A stretch of 64,000 nt of DNA from Candidatus Krumholzibacteriia bacterium (GCA_963836185.1 CAWIIQ010000001.1:485597-549596), one strand, 5' to 3'. Counted from the first letter of the stretch, positions 1 through 9,724 are shown. The notes: generated by a model not told the origin, from the letters alone. A program made the numbers and translations.

Positions 1-1025
1 CCGACGGTTCCCTCAGGGGCGTCCTTACGAGACATCCTCGCTACATCATCGAGAAGGACTGCACCGGCTGCGGGGATTGTGAGAAAGTCTGCCCCGTAAT
101 TGTCGAAGACCAGTACCAGTACGGCATGGTAGGCAGGAAAGCGGTCTACGTCCCGTTCAGCATCGCGAACCCGAGGATCGTCGCTATCGATATCGAGAAC
201 TGCATCCTCTGCGGAGCGTGCGAGAAGGCATGTCCGGCCGACGCAATCGATTTCACCCAGAAGGCCGAAAAGCGCGAAGTCATCGCGAAGACGGTTATAG
301 TAGCGACGGGATTCAGGCTGTTCGACCCTTCCATCATCGAGAACTACGGGCTCGGCAGGTTCAAAAACGTCGTCACGTCGATGCAGATGGAGAGGCAGCT
401 CGTCCCGACAAGGCCGTACAACAATGTCCTGAGGCCGAAGGACGGGAAGATGCCCGACAATATCGCTTATGTCCTCTGCACCGGGTCGCGCGATGTGACG
501 CTGGGCAACCCGATATGCTCGCAGGTCTGCTGCATGTACTCGATGAAGCAGGGGCAGCTCCTGCTCGGCGCCCTGCCGATGGCCGACGTCACTATCTACT
601 ACATCAATATCAGGGCGTTCGGAAAGGGATTCGAGGAGTTCTACCAGGGCACGAGAGATATGGGGGTCGAGTTCGTCAAGGGGAAGGTCGGCACGATCGC
701 GGAGAAGGATGACGGCGACCTGATAGTGAGATACGAGGATATGCAGGATGGTGTGGTCAGGGAGGCCGAGCACGACATGGTCGTCCTTTCGGTCGGCATG
801 CTGTCGAACCCCGAGGCGGGCATGCTCTTCAAGGGCGAGGCCCTCGAGCTCGACGAGTTCGGCTACGTCAGGCAGGTCGACAGGCTGAGCAATCCGGCCA
901 GCACCAATATTGAAGGCGTCTTCGTTGCCGGCACTGCCTGCGGGCCGATGGATATCCCCGATTCGATAGCTTCAGCGGGGGCCGCGTCGGCCGAGGCTCT
1001 GAGTTTTATAAAGAGGAAAGTATGA
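1..1025 (+). CDS. HdrA-like/QmoA-like FAD and iron-sulfur oxidoreductase subunit, 5' partial (frame continues upstream of the window)
   Basis: The frame is open from base 3. Two CxxCxxCxxxCP ferredoxin motifs are present (CTGCGDCEKVCP, CILCGACEKACP). The C-terminal 'GVFVAGTACGPMDIPDSIASAGAASAEAL' parallels the C-terminus of the next HdrA-like ORF. The stop overlaps the next start (ATGA). Confidence 0.65.
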   Translation, partial: DGSLRGVLTRHPRYIIEKDCTGCGDCEKVCPVIVEDQYQYGMVGRKAVYVPFSIANPRIVAIDIENCILCGACEKACPADAIDFTQKAEKREVIAKTVIVATGFRLFDPSIIENYGLGRFKNVVTSMQMERQLVPTRPYNNVLRPKDGKMPDNIAYVLCTGSRDVTLGNPICSQVCCMYSMKQGQLLLGALPMADVTIYYINIRAFGKGFEEFYQGTRDMGVEFVKGKVGTIAEKDDGDLIVRYEDMQDGVVREAEHDMVVLSVGMLSNPEAGMLFKGEALELDEFGYVRQVDRLSNPASTNIEGVFVAGTACGPMDIPDSIASAGAASAEALSFIKRKV

Positions 1026-2977
1026 ACAGCAGGATAGGCGTTTATATCTGCCAGTGTGGCTCCAATATCTCGGACTACGTCGACGTCGAGAAGGTCAAGG
1101 AAGCTGTCGAGCAGGAAGAGGGCGTTGTCCTGGCGAAGATCACGATGTTCGCCTGCGCCGACTCGACACAGCAGGAGATCGTCCAAGACATAGAGGAAGA
1201 GAAGCTCGACGGAATGGTCGTCGCTTCATGCTCGCCCAAGCTTCACCTCGGAACGTTCAGGAGCGTTGCCGAGAGGGCGGGCCTTAACAGGTACAATTAC
1301 GTTCAGTCAAATATCAGGGAGCAGGCCTCATGGGCCCATTCCGACAAGCCGGCCGAGGCGACAGAGAAGGCCATAAGAAATGTAAAGGCGGCGATCGCCA
1401 GAACGAGGCTTGCCGCGCCTCTGATTCCCCCGATGATCCCGTCGGAGAACACGGCGCTCGTCGTCGGGGCGGGTATAGCGGGGATGAGGGCGGCGATCGA
1501 CCTGGCCGATACAGGCTCGAAGGTCTATCTCATCGAGAAGGATCATTTCGTCGGCGGAAGGACGGCGCAGTGGGGCGAGCTCTTCCCTACCGGCCAGACC
1601 GGGGCCGATGTGATAACGGACCTCTACCGCGAGGTGGGAAAGCGGGAGAACATCACACTTTATACGGGGTGCGAGGCCGTCTCGAAATCGGGGAGCATGG
1701 GGAATTTCGCGGTTCAGCTGAGGATCGATCCGCGCGGCATCAGAGGCGGAGACAGTCTTCCCGGGTCCGCTGATTTCGAGACGAGGCTCGTGCGCGCGAT
1801 AGCCGCATGCCCCGTAAGTGTTCCCGACATATTCGACTTCGGCCTCTCGGAGAGAAAAGCGCTCTACATCAATCCGGGCGGACTGCCAGGACTTCCCGTC
1901 GTGGACCGCGAGGCGTGCACCGGGTGCGGCGAATGCGTGAAGATCTGCCCCGAGATCGATCTCGAGCAGAAGGATGAGCTCGTCGATATCAAGGCGGGAT
2001 CGGTCATCATCGCTTCCGGGTTCGATCCGTACGAGCCGAAGCAGGGCGAGTTCGGATACGGGGAGATAGACAACGTTATTACGATGCAGCAGTTCAGGAG
2101 ACTTATCGAGACGTGCGGGAAGAAGCTCGTCTTCGGCGGAAAAAAGATACGCAGCATCGCATGGATCTTCTGTGTCGGCAGCCGGCAGACGGGAGAGCTC
2201 GAAGGGGAGAACAAGTACTGCGCGAGGTACTGCTGCACATCGGCGATACACTCGGCGGTCGTGGCGAAGAAGAGGTTCGCGGACATCCGGAACTATCACT
2301 TCACCAGGGGCGTCAGGACATACGGCAAGTACGAGACTATATACGAGGAATCTGCATCGCTTGGCGACATCTACCTGCAGTCGACCGAGGACGATCCACC
2401 CGTCGTGAGCGTGGAGGATGGAACGACCCTGGTAAAGATCAACGACATTATGACCGAGGAGAAGGAACTCGAGGTCGCCCCCGACCTCGTCGTCCTCGTC
2501 ACGGGGATGGTCCCGCGGGCCGGGAGCACGATCGGCTCGATAATGAAGGCGCCGGCCGGGCTGGACGGTTTCTTCAACGAGGTCCATCCGAAGCTCAAGC
2601 CGGTCGAGACGGTCATCGACGGGATCTTTCTGGCGGGCACGTCGCAGGGGCCGAAGAATATCACCGAGACGGCTATGTCGGCCCATTCAGCGGCGATCAA
2701 GACACATACGCTTATCAGCAAGGGTGAGATAGAGCTCGAGCCGACGATGGCCCTGGTAGATCGGGGAGCCTGCGAGTGGTGCGGGAAATGCGCCGCCGCA
2801 TGCCCCTTCGACGCGATAGACGAGGTGAAAGAGGGTGCGAAGAGCGTTGCGGCCGTCAACGAATCGGCATGCAAGGGATGCGGGATGTGCCTGCCGGTCT
2901 GCCCGGTGAACGCTGTCCAGCTCAAGGGATTCACGGACGCCGAGATAGAAGCGATGATCGACGCGATGGCGGAATGA
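1022..2977 (+). CDS. hdrA: HdrA-like flavoprotein (heterodisulfide reductase subunit A family / QmoB-like), 651 aa
   Basis: N-terminal 'RIGVYICQCGSNI' 4-Cys cluster domain typical of HdrA. FAD motif 'VVGAGIAGMRAAIDLAD'. Inserted ferredoxin 'CTGCGECVKICP'. C-terminal 2x[4Fe-4S] ferredoxin 'CEWCGKCAAACP...CKGCGMCLPVCP'. 'GIFLAGTSQGP' motif near the C-terminus. Confidence 0.8.
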   Translation: MNSRIGVYICQCGSNISDYVDVEKVKEAVEQEEGVVLAKITMFACADSTQQEIVQDIEEEKLDGMVVASCSPKLHLGTFRSVAERAGLNRYNYVQSNIREQASWAHSDKPAEATEKAIRNVKAAIARTRLAAPLIPPMIPSENTALVVGAGIAGMRAAIDLADTGSKVYLIEKDHFVGGRTAQWGELFPTGQTGADVITDLYREVGKRENITLYTGCEAVSKSGSMGNFAVQLRIDPRGIRGGDSLPGSADFETRLVRAIAACPVSVPDIFDFGLSERKALYINPGGLPGLPVVDREACTGCGECVKICPEIDLEQKDELVDIKAGSVIIASGFDPYEPKQGEFGYGEIDNVITMQQFRRLIETCGKKLVFGGKKIRSIAWIFCVGSRQTGELEGENKYCARYCCTSAIHSAVVAKKRFADIRNYHFTRGVRTYGKYETIYEESASLGDIYLQSTEDDPPVVSVEDGTTLVKINDIMTEEKELEVAPDLVVLVTGMVPRAGSTIGSIMKAPAGLDGFFNEVHPKLKPVETVIDGIFLAGTSQGPKNITETAMSAHSAAIKTHTLISKGEIELEPTMALVDRGACEWCGKCAAACPFDAIDEVKEGAKSVAAVNESACKGCGMCLPVCPVNAVQLKGFTDAEIEAMIDAMAE

Positions 2978-3037
2978 TACGAGGTTTCAAGGTGATGAAC
3001 GAAAAGAAACGTACAGTCGACCATATGAGAGAGCGGC

Positions 3038-3271
3038 GTGAGGTCCCCTCCGAAGCGAAGGAGCGGGTCAAGAGATTACAACGCGATAAAGAGGGCGATA
3101 AAGAAGGCCCTGGAGGGCGAGGAGCTGACGATACTCGAGATAGCGGAAAAGACGGGGATGGAGCCCGAAGATGTCACCTTCTACCTGATGACGATGAGGA
3201 AGTTCGGCGAGGTCGAGTTCGTCGATGACGATGATGTGGACGATTATTACAGCTACAGGATAAAGGAATGA
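3038..3271 (+). CDS. small acidic hypothetical protein (77 aa, GTG start), possibly winged-helix-like, sitting between the hdrA-like and qmoC-like genes
   Basis: The ORF fills the gap between the two genes and ends 5 bp before the next start. Acidic C-terminus 'FVDDDDVDDYY'. No recognisable family. Confidence 0.3.
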   Translation: MRSPPKRRSGSRDYNAIKRAIKKALEGEELTILEIAEKTGMEPEDVTFYLMTMRKFGEVEFVDDDDVDDYYSYRIKE

Positions 3272-3275
3272 CCGG

Positions 3276-4424
3276 ATGGCACGGATAAACCCGGGATTTG
3301 CCGGAGAGATAGAGAAGTTCGGAGCGGTGGATTTCACCGTCTGTTACAACTGCGGCAACTGCACCGCCGTATGCCCTCTCTCCGAGAACGACAATACATT
3401 CCCGCGCCGCCTGTTGAGATACACCGTCCTGGGACTCGAAGAGGATATTCACAAGTCGACCGATCCCTGGCTCTGCTACTACTGCGGCGACTGCAGCTCG
3501 ACCTGTCCGCGCCAGGCAAATCCCGGCGAGATCATGATGTCGCTGAGGCGTTATCTCACGGCAAGCTACGACTGGACTGGGCTCTCGAAAAAGTTCTACA
3601 CCTCTAAAGCCTGGGCGTTCGGCGCGATGGGCCTTATCTCGGCTGTCGTCATCCTTCTCTTTGCATTCTTCCTGCCCCTTACAGCCGATCCGGCGATACT
3701 AATCGGGCCGGACGGGGGAGTAAAGATAAACAGCTTCGTCAAGGGGATGGAGCCCGAGGTCTTCGTGCGCTGGATCGAGACGGGCGACTGGGTGATGGCG
3801 GGCATCATCTCGTTCTTCCTGATATCGAATATATTCAATATGTACAGGAAGATAGTGATCAGGAGCGGCAGAAAGATCCCGCTGAAGCTCTACGTTACCG
3901 AGGCGTGGCAGCTCTTCTTCCACTTCGGTACGCAGTTCAGGTTCTCCAAATGCAGCGACAGGTCGTACTGGGTCCTGCACTGGCTGCTCATGTCGGGGTA
4001 TACCCTGATGTTCACGATGATAGTCGTCTTCCTTCCCTGGTTCCAGACGGAGAGAATACACCCGATCTATCACCCGCAGAGATTCATCGGGTATTACGCG
4101 ACATTCGGGATCCTGCTCGCCATCATCGTCTGGTCGGTCAAGAGGCTGCGCAAGTCGGGAGAGATCCACAAGTATTCGCACAAGACCGACTGGGTCTTCC
4201 TCATCATGCTTTTCCTCACGACCGTGACGGGGATTCTGGTACATTTTTTCAGGATCGGCGGGATGGCCCACGCCACCTACTACACCTACGTGATCCACCT
4301 GGCCGTCCTCGTTCCGATGCTGATGATCGAGGTGCCCTTTTCCAAGTGGTCGCACCTCGCATACCGCCCGCTGGCGATATATTTCACGAACCTCGTCAAC
4401 GCCGCGAAAAAAAGTTCAAAGTAA
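3276..4424 (+). CDS. QmoC/HdrE-like membrane subunit: N-terminal 2x[4Fe-4S] ferredoxin domain fused to a multi-helix heme-b-type membrane domain
   Basis: Motifs 'CYNCGNCTAVCP' and 'CYYCGDCSSTCP', followed by about six hydrophobic helices with conserved His residues (HWLLMSGY, HPIYHPQRF, HFFRIGGMAHATYY). This matches the QmoC (HdrC-like plus HdrE-like) architecture. Confidence 0.65.
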   Translation: MARINPGFAGEIEKFGAVDFTVCYNCGNCTAVCPLSENDNTFPRRLLRYTVLGLEEDIHKSTDPWLCYYCGDCSSTCPRQANPGEIMMSLRRYLTASYDWTGLSKKFYTSKAWAFGAMGLISAVVILLFAFFLPLTADPAILIGPDGGVKINSFVKGMEPEVFVRWIETGDWVMAGIISFFLISNIFNMYRKIVIRSGRKIPLKLYVTEAWQLFFHFGTQFRFSKCSDRSYWVLHWLLMSGYTLMFTMIVVFLPWFQTERIHPIYHPQRFIGYYATFGILLAIIVWSVKRLRKSGEIHKYSHKTDWVFLIMLFLTTVTGILVHFFRIGGMAHATYYTYVIHLAVLVPMLMIEVPFSKWSHLAYRPLAIYFTNLVNAAKKSSK

Positions 4425-4506
4425 CAACCCCGGACATTTATGCTATCATGCCGCGTGCGATCGTATGTACGCGCGACAGCGCATGGCACCTGAGGCTGGA
4501 GTGATT

Positions 4507-5631
4507 ATGAAAATAAATATCCTTAAAAGTATCATGATAATCGGGTTGTTTCTCGTCTCCGCTTCGGCCGCATGGGCCGGTCAGGAGGACCCGATAAGGG
4601 CCGGCGTCTATATGGGCGACGGAGCGAGCATGGCCTGCGTGCTAGAGACATTCGAGGCGCTCAGGATCGATCCCGGGATCGTGCCGTCGCTGATAAGCCC
4701 CACCGATATCTACACAGGTGGGCTCGATGAGATCGATGTCCTGCTCTTTCCAGGCGGCAGCGGGAGCAAGCAGAACCTCAGCATGGGGAGCGGCTCGCAC
4801 GCGAGGGTCAGGGAGTTTGTTCTGGAGGAGGGAAAGGGCATAGTCGGGCTGTGCGCGGGCGGCTACCTCGTATCGTCCTCGAAGGATTATCCATGCCTGC
4901 ACCTGGTCGGGGCGGAGACGATCGACAGGGAGCATGACAAGCGTGGCAGCGCGCTGGTCGAGGTCGAGTTCAACGAGAGGGGCCTTGCGATATTCCCCGA
5001 GATGAAGGATCACAGGTACGGGTACATCCAGTATCACGACGGGCCAGTCTTCGTTCCGCCCGAAGGTGGGTACGATGCCTGCATATCGCTCGCCGTCAAC
5101 AGGAGCGACGTTCATCAGACCGGCCCTGAAGGGATGACAACGGGAAAAGCGTTCCTGCTCTGCGAGGAAGCGGGAGCGGGAAGGGTCTTTGCCAGCGCCG
5201 GCCACCCCGAGTCGACTGTCGGGATGAGGTGGATGGTGCCGCGTATGGTCCGGTGGGTAGCGCGAAGGGAACTCGTCTCCTACCCGGCTAACGTCACGAG
5301 GCCGGGATTCGGGACGTCTGAGATCATGCACAGCGATGAGCTCGAGACGGAACTCTACTGGAAGATCTTCGACGACGATCCCGAGGTCAGGATGGGAGCG
5401 GTCAGGGAGCTGAGGGAGAAACGCTACCGTAACGGGTTCAGGTGGGCGGCCGGCATGATAAGGGACAAGTCGCCCGAAGTCAGGGTGTTCGCTGCCGAAG
5501 TACTGGTCGAAGCCGAATATACCGCCGCTATCAATAATCTCGAGGCCGTCATCGACGAGGAGACGGACAACGCGATGCGGATGCGCATGCAGAAGGCGCT
5601 GGCCGACCTGAAGGCGATGGTCGCGGACTGA
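4507..5631 (+). CDS. secreted protein with a class-I glutamine-amidotransferase-like (BPL_N/DJ-1-like) domain and C-terminal HEAT-like repeats
   Basis: Likely start at MKINILK (the ORF track starts earlier, at 4465). Signal peptide '...LVSASAAWA'. 'GIVGLCAGGYLVSS' nucleophile-elbow-like motif. C-terminal 'PEVRMGAVRELRE...SPEVRVFAAEVLVEA' HEAT/PBS-lyase-like repeats. Confidence 0.5.
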   Translation: MKINILKSIMIIGLFLVSASAAWAGQEDPIRAGVYMGDGASMACVLETFEALRIDPGIVPSLISPTDIYTGGLDEIDVLLFPGGSGSKQNLSMGSGSHARVREFVLEEGKGIVGLCAGGYLVSSSKDYPCLHLVGAETIDREHDKRGSALVEVEFNERGLAIFPEMKDHRYGYIQYHDGPVFVPPEGGYDACISLAVNRSDVHQTGPEGMTTGKAFLLCEEAGAGRVFASAGHPESTVGMRWMVPRMVRWVARRELVSYPANVTRPGFGTSEIMHSDELETELYWKIFDDDPEVRMGAVRELREKRYRNGFRWAAGMIRDKSPEVRVFAAEVLVEAEYTAAINNLEAVIDEETDNAMRMRMQKALADLKAMVAD

Positions 5632-5639
5632 CGCCGCCT

Positions 5640-6536
5640 CACCTTTCCATTACCCGGTCTGAAAAGATAACTCAGTCACTGGCCGGCAGGGTCGCTGTCT
5701 GTAACCTCTTGCCGCTGGGTATATCCGAGCTCAAGAGAGCGAAGTTGCTGAAAACAGATCTGGATGAGATGATGTTCACAGGCACTTATCCGGTCCTTTA
5801 TGACAGGTCGATATCGCCCGTTGATTATTTCCCATCCTATGCTCAGACATATATCGAACGGGATGTGCGGGAAATAAAAAACATCGGGGACTTGTCGGTT
5901 TTCCAGCGCTTCGTCCGATTGTGTGCCGGCCGCACAGGTCAATTAATCAACTTTTCGAGCCTAGGCAACGAGCTTGGCATCAATTACAAAACGGTCCAGT
6001 CCTGGGTGTCAATACTTGAAGCGAGTTTCATCGTGTTCCTGCTTGCTCCGCATCATAGAAATTTCAACAAGCGAATAGTAAAGCAATCCAAGCTGTATTT
6101 TTATGATACTGGACTGCTGTGTTCTCTTCTCGATATCAGCAGCGCGGTTCAGTTGGCGAATCATTACCTCAGAGGATACATCTTTGAATCATTTGTGATC
6201 TCAGAGTATATCAAGATGAGGCTGAATGGCGGCATGAGGCCAAATACGTATTTCTGGCGTGACAACGCCGGACATGAGATCGACCTGTTGCTTGAAGAAG
6301 GTCAGGATCTTTTCGCGGTGGAGATCAAGTCGGGGAGACGATCAACAGTGACTTCTTTCGAGGTCTTAAGTACTTCCAGAAGGCCTCTGGTATCAGTTCA
6401 GACAGTTCCTTTCTCGTACATGGCGGCTCGGCGAACCAGGATCGAAAATACGGCCGGGTTCTGGGTTGGAGGGATATCCGGGATATATTGCCGGAGTAAG
6501 ATTGTCCTCAGCCTGTTGTGGCCATATCATCCTTTG
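5640..6536 (+). pseudogene. remnant of a DUF4143-type AAA+ ATPase gene: N-terminal Walker domain missing, and an internal 1-bp frameshift near 6340
   Basis: The translation starts mid-domain ('...SLAGRVAVCNLLPLGISEL...'). The C-terminus 'DFFRGLKYFQKASGISSDSSFLVHGGSANQDRKYGRVLGWRDI' is only recovered by shifting frame. The 5' end overlaps the preceding gene. Local GC is lower than the surroundings. Confidence 0.6.
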
Positions 6537-6766
6537 AATATCAACTTGCCTGCGGGCACGTGAGCATTATCTTTAAGTATAGGTCCGCTGCTTCAATCCC
6601 CACCTGTGACGGATGTATGACGATTATCATCAGGATCACAACCCGCCGGGGGACAGACTCAAGACAGACTGCGAAAGCTGCATGAGCAATTATCTCTTTT
6701 TCAGGGGCTGTGCTATCATGGGTATCTGTAATGATCGATGTTTTTTATCGATAAGGAGGGGAATAA

Positions 6767-7696
6767 TGGAGTCACATGCCTCAGCGCGTTTGCGCATTCT
6801 GTATCTCTGTATGTCTATCATCGCGACAATCATTTCTTGATGGGTATTGCTGTTCCGGCTTCGGCAGATTTCACGCTGACGATCTACGAGCAGACGGGCA
6901 GCATCAACACCTACACATTCATCGCAGGACGATCATCAGTGTCTTTACGACGATATGGCAGGGTCTGCCCGGGCCCTCATCTCTCGGGATACATCGGGTA
7001 CGATTTCGGAACGGGCGGGTGCGAGTATTACGATATCTTCTTCTGCGACTCGGAGGGAGACGGCTCTGGATATCGGGCCGGGTAGATCCGCTGCCGTTCG
7101 ACATCTTCATTAAGCTCGAGTGCTGGGACATCAGCTGCCCTGACGGGGAACTTGTCAGCGTCTCCGACCTGGATCAGCGCGGGAAATAACATCGATGCCG
7201 TCGACGCTCGAGATCGATGGAGAGATGTTTTACGGCTCAGTCCGTTGTCGGAGGAAGTCTACGGCCTCTGCGATGAGCCGTTGGAGCTGAAGAACTCGAA
7301 CTTCGCTGATCGAGCGCGCTCGGGCCCCCCGACGCTGAGCATAACGAAGATGGGTTGCGGATCGACGGTGATCACGCTCGAGTATGGGTTCAGAACCTGG
7401 TATCGGCCATGTGAAATCGTAATTGACTATCCTCACTCGGGAACGACGTACTACATCGGCAGGCAGCACTACGATAGACGTAGCGCAGAACACGTGTGAG
7501 CAGCTCAGGTTCGACTGGAGCTTTACAAGGGCGATATCGCTTCTGTGTCAGATCGCCGATATCACCGGGAAGGTGGTACGAGTGGTATGAAGTGAGCGAC
7601 TGCGGAGGCGGGTCCGGCTGGGATTATCGTATCAAGGCGACGTGCCTGGCGAATCCGGCCTGCTTCGACTTCAGCGACTATTTTATCGATGCTTGA
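6767..7696 (+). pseudogene. frameshifted 5' portion of the Cys-rich repeat cargo gene (RBS AGGAGG plus ATG plus hydrophobic leader MESHASARLRILYLCMSIIATIIS; at least one degraded repeat copy)
   Basis: ORF fragments in three frames (6613..6840, 6738..7085, 7152..7499, 7496..7696) contain pieces of the same repeat ('CEIVIDYPHSGTTYYIG', 'YEVSDCGGGSGWDYRIKATCLANPACFDFSDYF'). Together they bridge to the intact ORF at 7689. Confidence 0.5.
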
Positions 7697-9629
7697 CGGC
7701 GCCAGCGGCTGCGAGATCGTGGTCAACTATCCTCACTCGGAGACGACGTTCTATATCGGCGGGCAGCACACGATCGATATAACACCGGACGGCTGTAACG
7801 GTGCGGTGAGCCTGGAGCTGTACAGGGGCATCACGCGTCTCTGCCATATCGCGGATATCGCGGGGACGTCGTACGACTGGTACGGGGTGAGCGACTGCGG
7901 AAGCGGACCGGGAGCGGACTATCGTATCAAGGCGACGTGCCTGTCGGATCCGGGCTGCTTCGACTTCAGCGAGTATTTCACTATGGCCGAAGGCGCTGGA
8001 GGCTGCGAGGTAGTCGTTAATTATCCGGACTCGAGCGCGACGTTCCTTGTCGGCGGGCAATACATGATCGACGTGATGCCGAACACATGTGACGGCCCGG
8101 TACGCCTGGAACTTTATAAGAGTGACCTGCTTCTTTGCCGGATCGCCGATATGAGCGGCAGGTGGTACAACTGGGACGGGGTGAGCGACTGCGGAAGCGG
8201 CCCGGGAGCGGACTATCGTATCAGGGCGACCTGCCTGTCGGATCCGGGCTGCTACGATTTCAGCGATTATTTTACCATTACAGTGCAGGATACCTCCGAT
8301 ACCTCCATGGAGCACGATCCCCTCGCCGCTATCGGCGATTCCTTCTTCGCCTGGGTCGGGAACGGCATAGGCTGGGTCACCGCGGAGGATGGCTACATCT
8401 TCGGAGATGTCCCCTACTGGTTTGACGCTCTGATCTCGCGAAAATCCTTCGATCCCGCGAACGGGCCCGTGATGATATTCAGGGTGTTCAATTCGATAGG
8501 AGCGTCAAACTTCATGGGCGGCTTCACATCCGTGCTGCCGCCGACCAACGACTTTCATTACAATAACATCGAGATAGGCGTCTATCTCCACTCTACGGGA
8601 ACCATCCGGCCGGCCTGGGATGTCAACAATGCCGGGTACTGGTCGACGACTCTAGCTGCCGGGTTCTATGACATAAAGATCGAGCTCGGTGATTCGGAGG
8701 GCACGGTCATGCTGGCGATCGACGATGTTGCCGGCTGGTCCTCGCCCCTTTCAGATTTCTCGGCCCCGGTCTGGTCGTCGGTCGAACACAGAACGACAGG
8801 AGGGCCGTATCATATACAGATAAATCCATATAACGAAGGGAGCAGGGTCTACGACGTATGGGCCTCGGGGACCGGATCGGCGCCGCCGCCCCCGCCTCCG
8901 CCGGAAGCGGCTCCGCACATCATATTCGTCGAGGATGTCGGTAATGACGAGGGGCGCCAGGTGAGGATGAAGTGGGAGGCGTCAGCCCTGGACGGGCCCG
9001 GTAGTCCGGAGCCTGTCACAGGTTACGCGCTGTGGCGCAGGATCGATACGCTGCCTGCATGGATCGATGTCGCGGCCGCGGCCGTTCCCGGCCCCGTACC
9101 GATGTATCCTCCCGGCGACTGGGATTATCTCGGCACCGTTCCCGCGTGCTGCGAGGAGACGTACGCGACGATCCTTCCGACACTTGCGGATTCGAGCGCT
9201 TCGAGCGGCGTCTTCTGGTCGGTCTTCTTCGTGAGGGCGCTCACTGAGACGCCGGAGATATATTTCGACTCAGCACCCGACAGCGGATACTCGGTATGTG
9301 ACATCATTCCGCCGGATCCCGGGGAAGATCCGGACCCGCAGCCGGCAGAGCATGACGATTATCTCGGCCGAAATTATCCCAACCCGTTCAATCCTGTCAC
9401 CGAGATCAGGTTCGGGCTGAAAGAGCATGGGCATGTCCTTATCAGGATCTACGACACTGGCGGGAGACTCGTCAGGACACTCGTTAACGGTGAGATGCCT
9501 GCCGGCGACCATGCCGAGGAGTGGAACGGTACGGATGACTTCGGAAGGATGGCGGCAAGCGGCATCTACTTCTGCCGCCTCGAGGCAAGAGAGCTGTCTT
9601 GCAGTATCAAGATGGTGCTCCTGCGATAG
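7689..9629 (+). CDS. secreted Cys-rich tandem-repeat protein with a T9SS-type C-terminal sorting domain (646-aa intact portion)
   Basis: Three about 98-aa repeats at 294-300 bp spacing, each of the form 'CE[IV]VVNYP.S..TF..GGQ...D..P..C.G.V.LELY......C.IAD..G..Y.W.GVSDCGSGPGADYRI[KR]ATCLSDPGC[FY]DFS[ED]YFT'. Also a PPPPPPP linker. C-terminus 'NYPNPFNPVTEIRFGL...IYFCRLEA...KMVLLR'. Confidence 0.75.
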   Translation: MLDGASGCEIVVNYPHSETTFYIGGQHTIDITPDGCNGAVSLELYRGITRLCHIADIAGTSYDWYGVSDCGSGPGADYRIKATCLSDPGCFDFSEYFTMAEGAGGCEVVVNYPDSSATFLVGGQYMIDVMPNTCDGPVRLELYKSDLLLCRIADMSGRWYNWDGVSDCGSGPGADYRIRATCLSDPGCYDFSDYFTITVQDTSDTSMEHDPLAAIGDSFFAWVGNGIGWVTAEDGYIFGDVPYWFDALISRKSFDPANGPVMIFRVFNSIGASNFMGGFTSVLPPTNDFHYNNIEIGVYLHSTGTIRPAWDVNNAGYWSTTLAAGFYDIKIELGDSEGTVMLAIDDVAGWSSPLSDFSAPVWSSVEHRTTGGPYHIQINPYNEGSRVYDVWASGTGSAPPPPPPPEAAPHIIFVEDVGNDEGRQVRMKWEASALDGPGSPEPVTGYALWRRIDTLPAWIDVAAAAVPGPVPMYPPGDWDYLGTVPACCEETYATILPTLADSSASSGVFWSVFFVRALTETPEIYFDSAPDSGYSVCDIIPPDPGEDPDPQPAEHDDYLGRNYPNPFNPVTEIRFGLKEHGHVLIRIYDTGGRLVRTLVNGEMPAGDHAEEWNGTDDFGRMAASGIYFCRLEARELSCSIKMVLLR

Positions 9630-9724
9630 AGGCACTCACAGATATTCGCCTGAATGAGCCTCCCCGCAACAGATCACGGTTGCATATCGGCCATTTTCAG
9701 CTATGCTGTTGTCAGGGGGTTATC

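Noticed and set aside
1328-2686. 452-aa antisense ORF inside the hdrA-like gene. Similar long antisense ORFs occur at 11356..12303, 18492..19475, 23750..24487, 33224..34480 (the part beyond the frameshift), 42518..43318 and 35129..35731.
   Set aside because: These are Arg/Pro/Gly-rich, low-complexity translations opposite well-supported genes, the typical spurious ORFs of high-GC DNA. They lack RBS and motif support.
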